From Octopus bimaculoides (lineage: Eukaryota), in the NCBI RefSeq assembly GCF_001194135.2, contig NC_068989.1:56763708-56796973 (forward strand): a DNA stretch of 33,266 nt, in the 5' to 3' direction. This document shows, piece after piece, positions 32,536-33,266 of the stretch; position 1 is the first letter of the stretch, and every line of letters begins with the position of its first letter. The position numbers were made by a program, and so were the translations under genes. The notes beneath the pieces were generated by a model. That model worked only from the letters and a program-made list of their open reading frames with translations. It did no database searches and was not told where the DNA came from.

Positions 32536-33266
32536 TAAACATTTATCGGGCTTTGTGCTAATTACAAATAAAAACAATATTTCAGGGATTATTATACCTT
32601 TTGTAAAAGGCATGAGAACCACAAAATCCACTTTGCCTTAAAATATACGGCCTTATTAAGTTTTTTTAAAAGAAATCAATATTTTAATCGGTTTAAGCGA
32701 GTTTTTAGATGAAAAAAAAAAAAAAATCTCGATAAGTTGAGCTTGTTGAAATGCTTTCAATTTCTGGTTGAAGCTGTTAATGTTTCTGGGAAAATCAAGC
32801 TTTCCACTTGTTTTCCCCACTAAAACGTCATACCCTTTTTACCAAGTCAAAGAAAGAAAAAGAAAGCCATTTAAATGACTGCAGTGGATTTGTGTAAGAG
32901 CTAGCTGTGAGCTGATTTCACAACAGTTTTTCTATTCAAGAGCGGACCAATTCAACTAATGTTCTTGAGAACAGCATGAAAACTATTTAAACTAATTGAT
33001 CGTATCTTATACTTTTGCTGATTAATATTTAAATAAAATCAATATTCATATAGTTATTGATTCTATAATAGTCTCATCACCTAAGAAGAAATATCACTCA
33101 AAGGCTTATTTAAAAATTACTCGATGTGTTGCTTTACTGGAGTGTTAGAAATGTAAAATGCACATCTAACAAAATAAAAACCATCACACTATCAACCTAA
33201 ACTAAAATATACTTTGCTTCTGTTTTAAAAACAATATTTCTCACAACCGACACTTAACTGACGTTT

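Overview
AT-rich, repeat-dense eukaryotic genomic DNA with two N gaps. The tRNA-derived SINEs and RTE tails resemble octopus (coleoid cephalopod) repeats; that species assignment is from recognition, not a search. No intact protein-coding gene is complete in the window. Most of it looks like intron of a minus-strand gene: a candidate 87-nt internal exon (668-754) and two phase-compatible ATG-bearing first-exon candidates (3640-3709 with GC box/TATA, and about 31311-31611 encoding a basic K/S/R-rich N-terminus). The intron holds many dead mobile elements: a Helitron Rep/Pif1 remnant, a Chapaev3-like transposase, a DD37D mariner remnant, hAT and Tc1/mariner MITEs, two Tx1/L1-like LINE fragments, a Ty3/Gypsy 3' end with PPT and LTR, RTE fragments and at least 15 SINE copies. 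The most unusual observations are inverted or reiterated templated insertions at breakpoints (about 6043, 15319, 20462-20911, 22960-24235), a 370-bp fold-back, a tandem unit with covarying hairpins, and a DINE-1/Helentron-like symmetric element upstream of the distal first exon. No CRISPR, rRNA or intact tRNA gene was seen.
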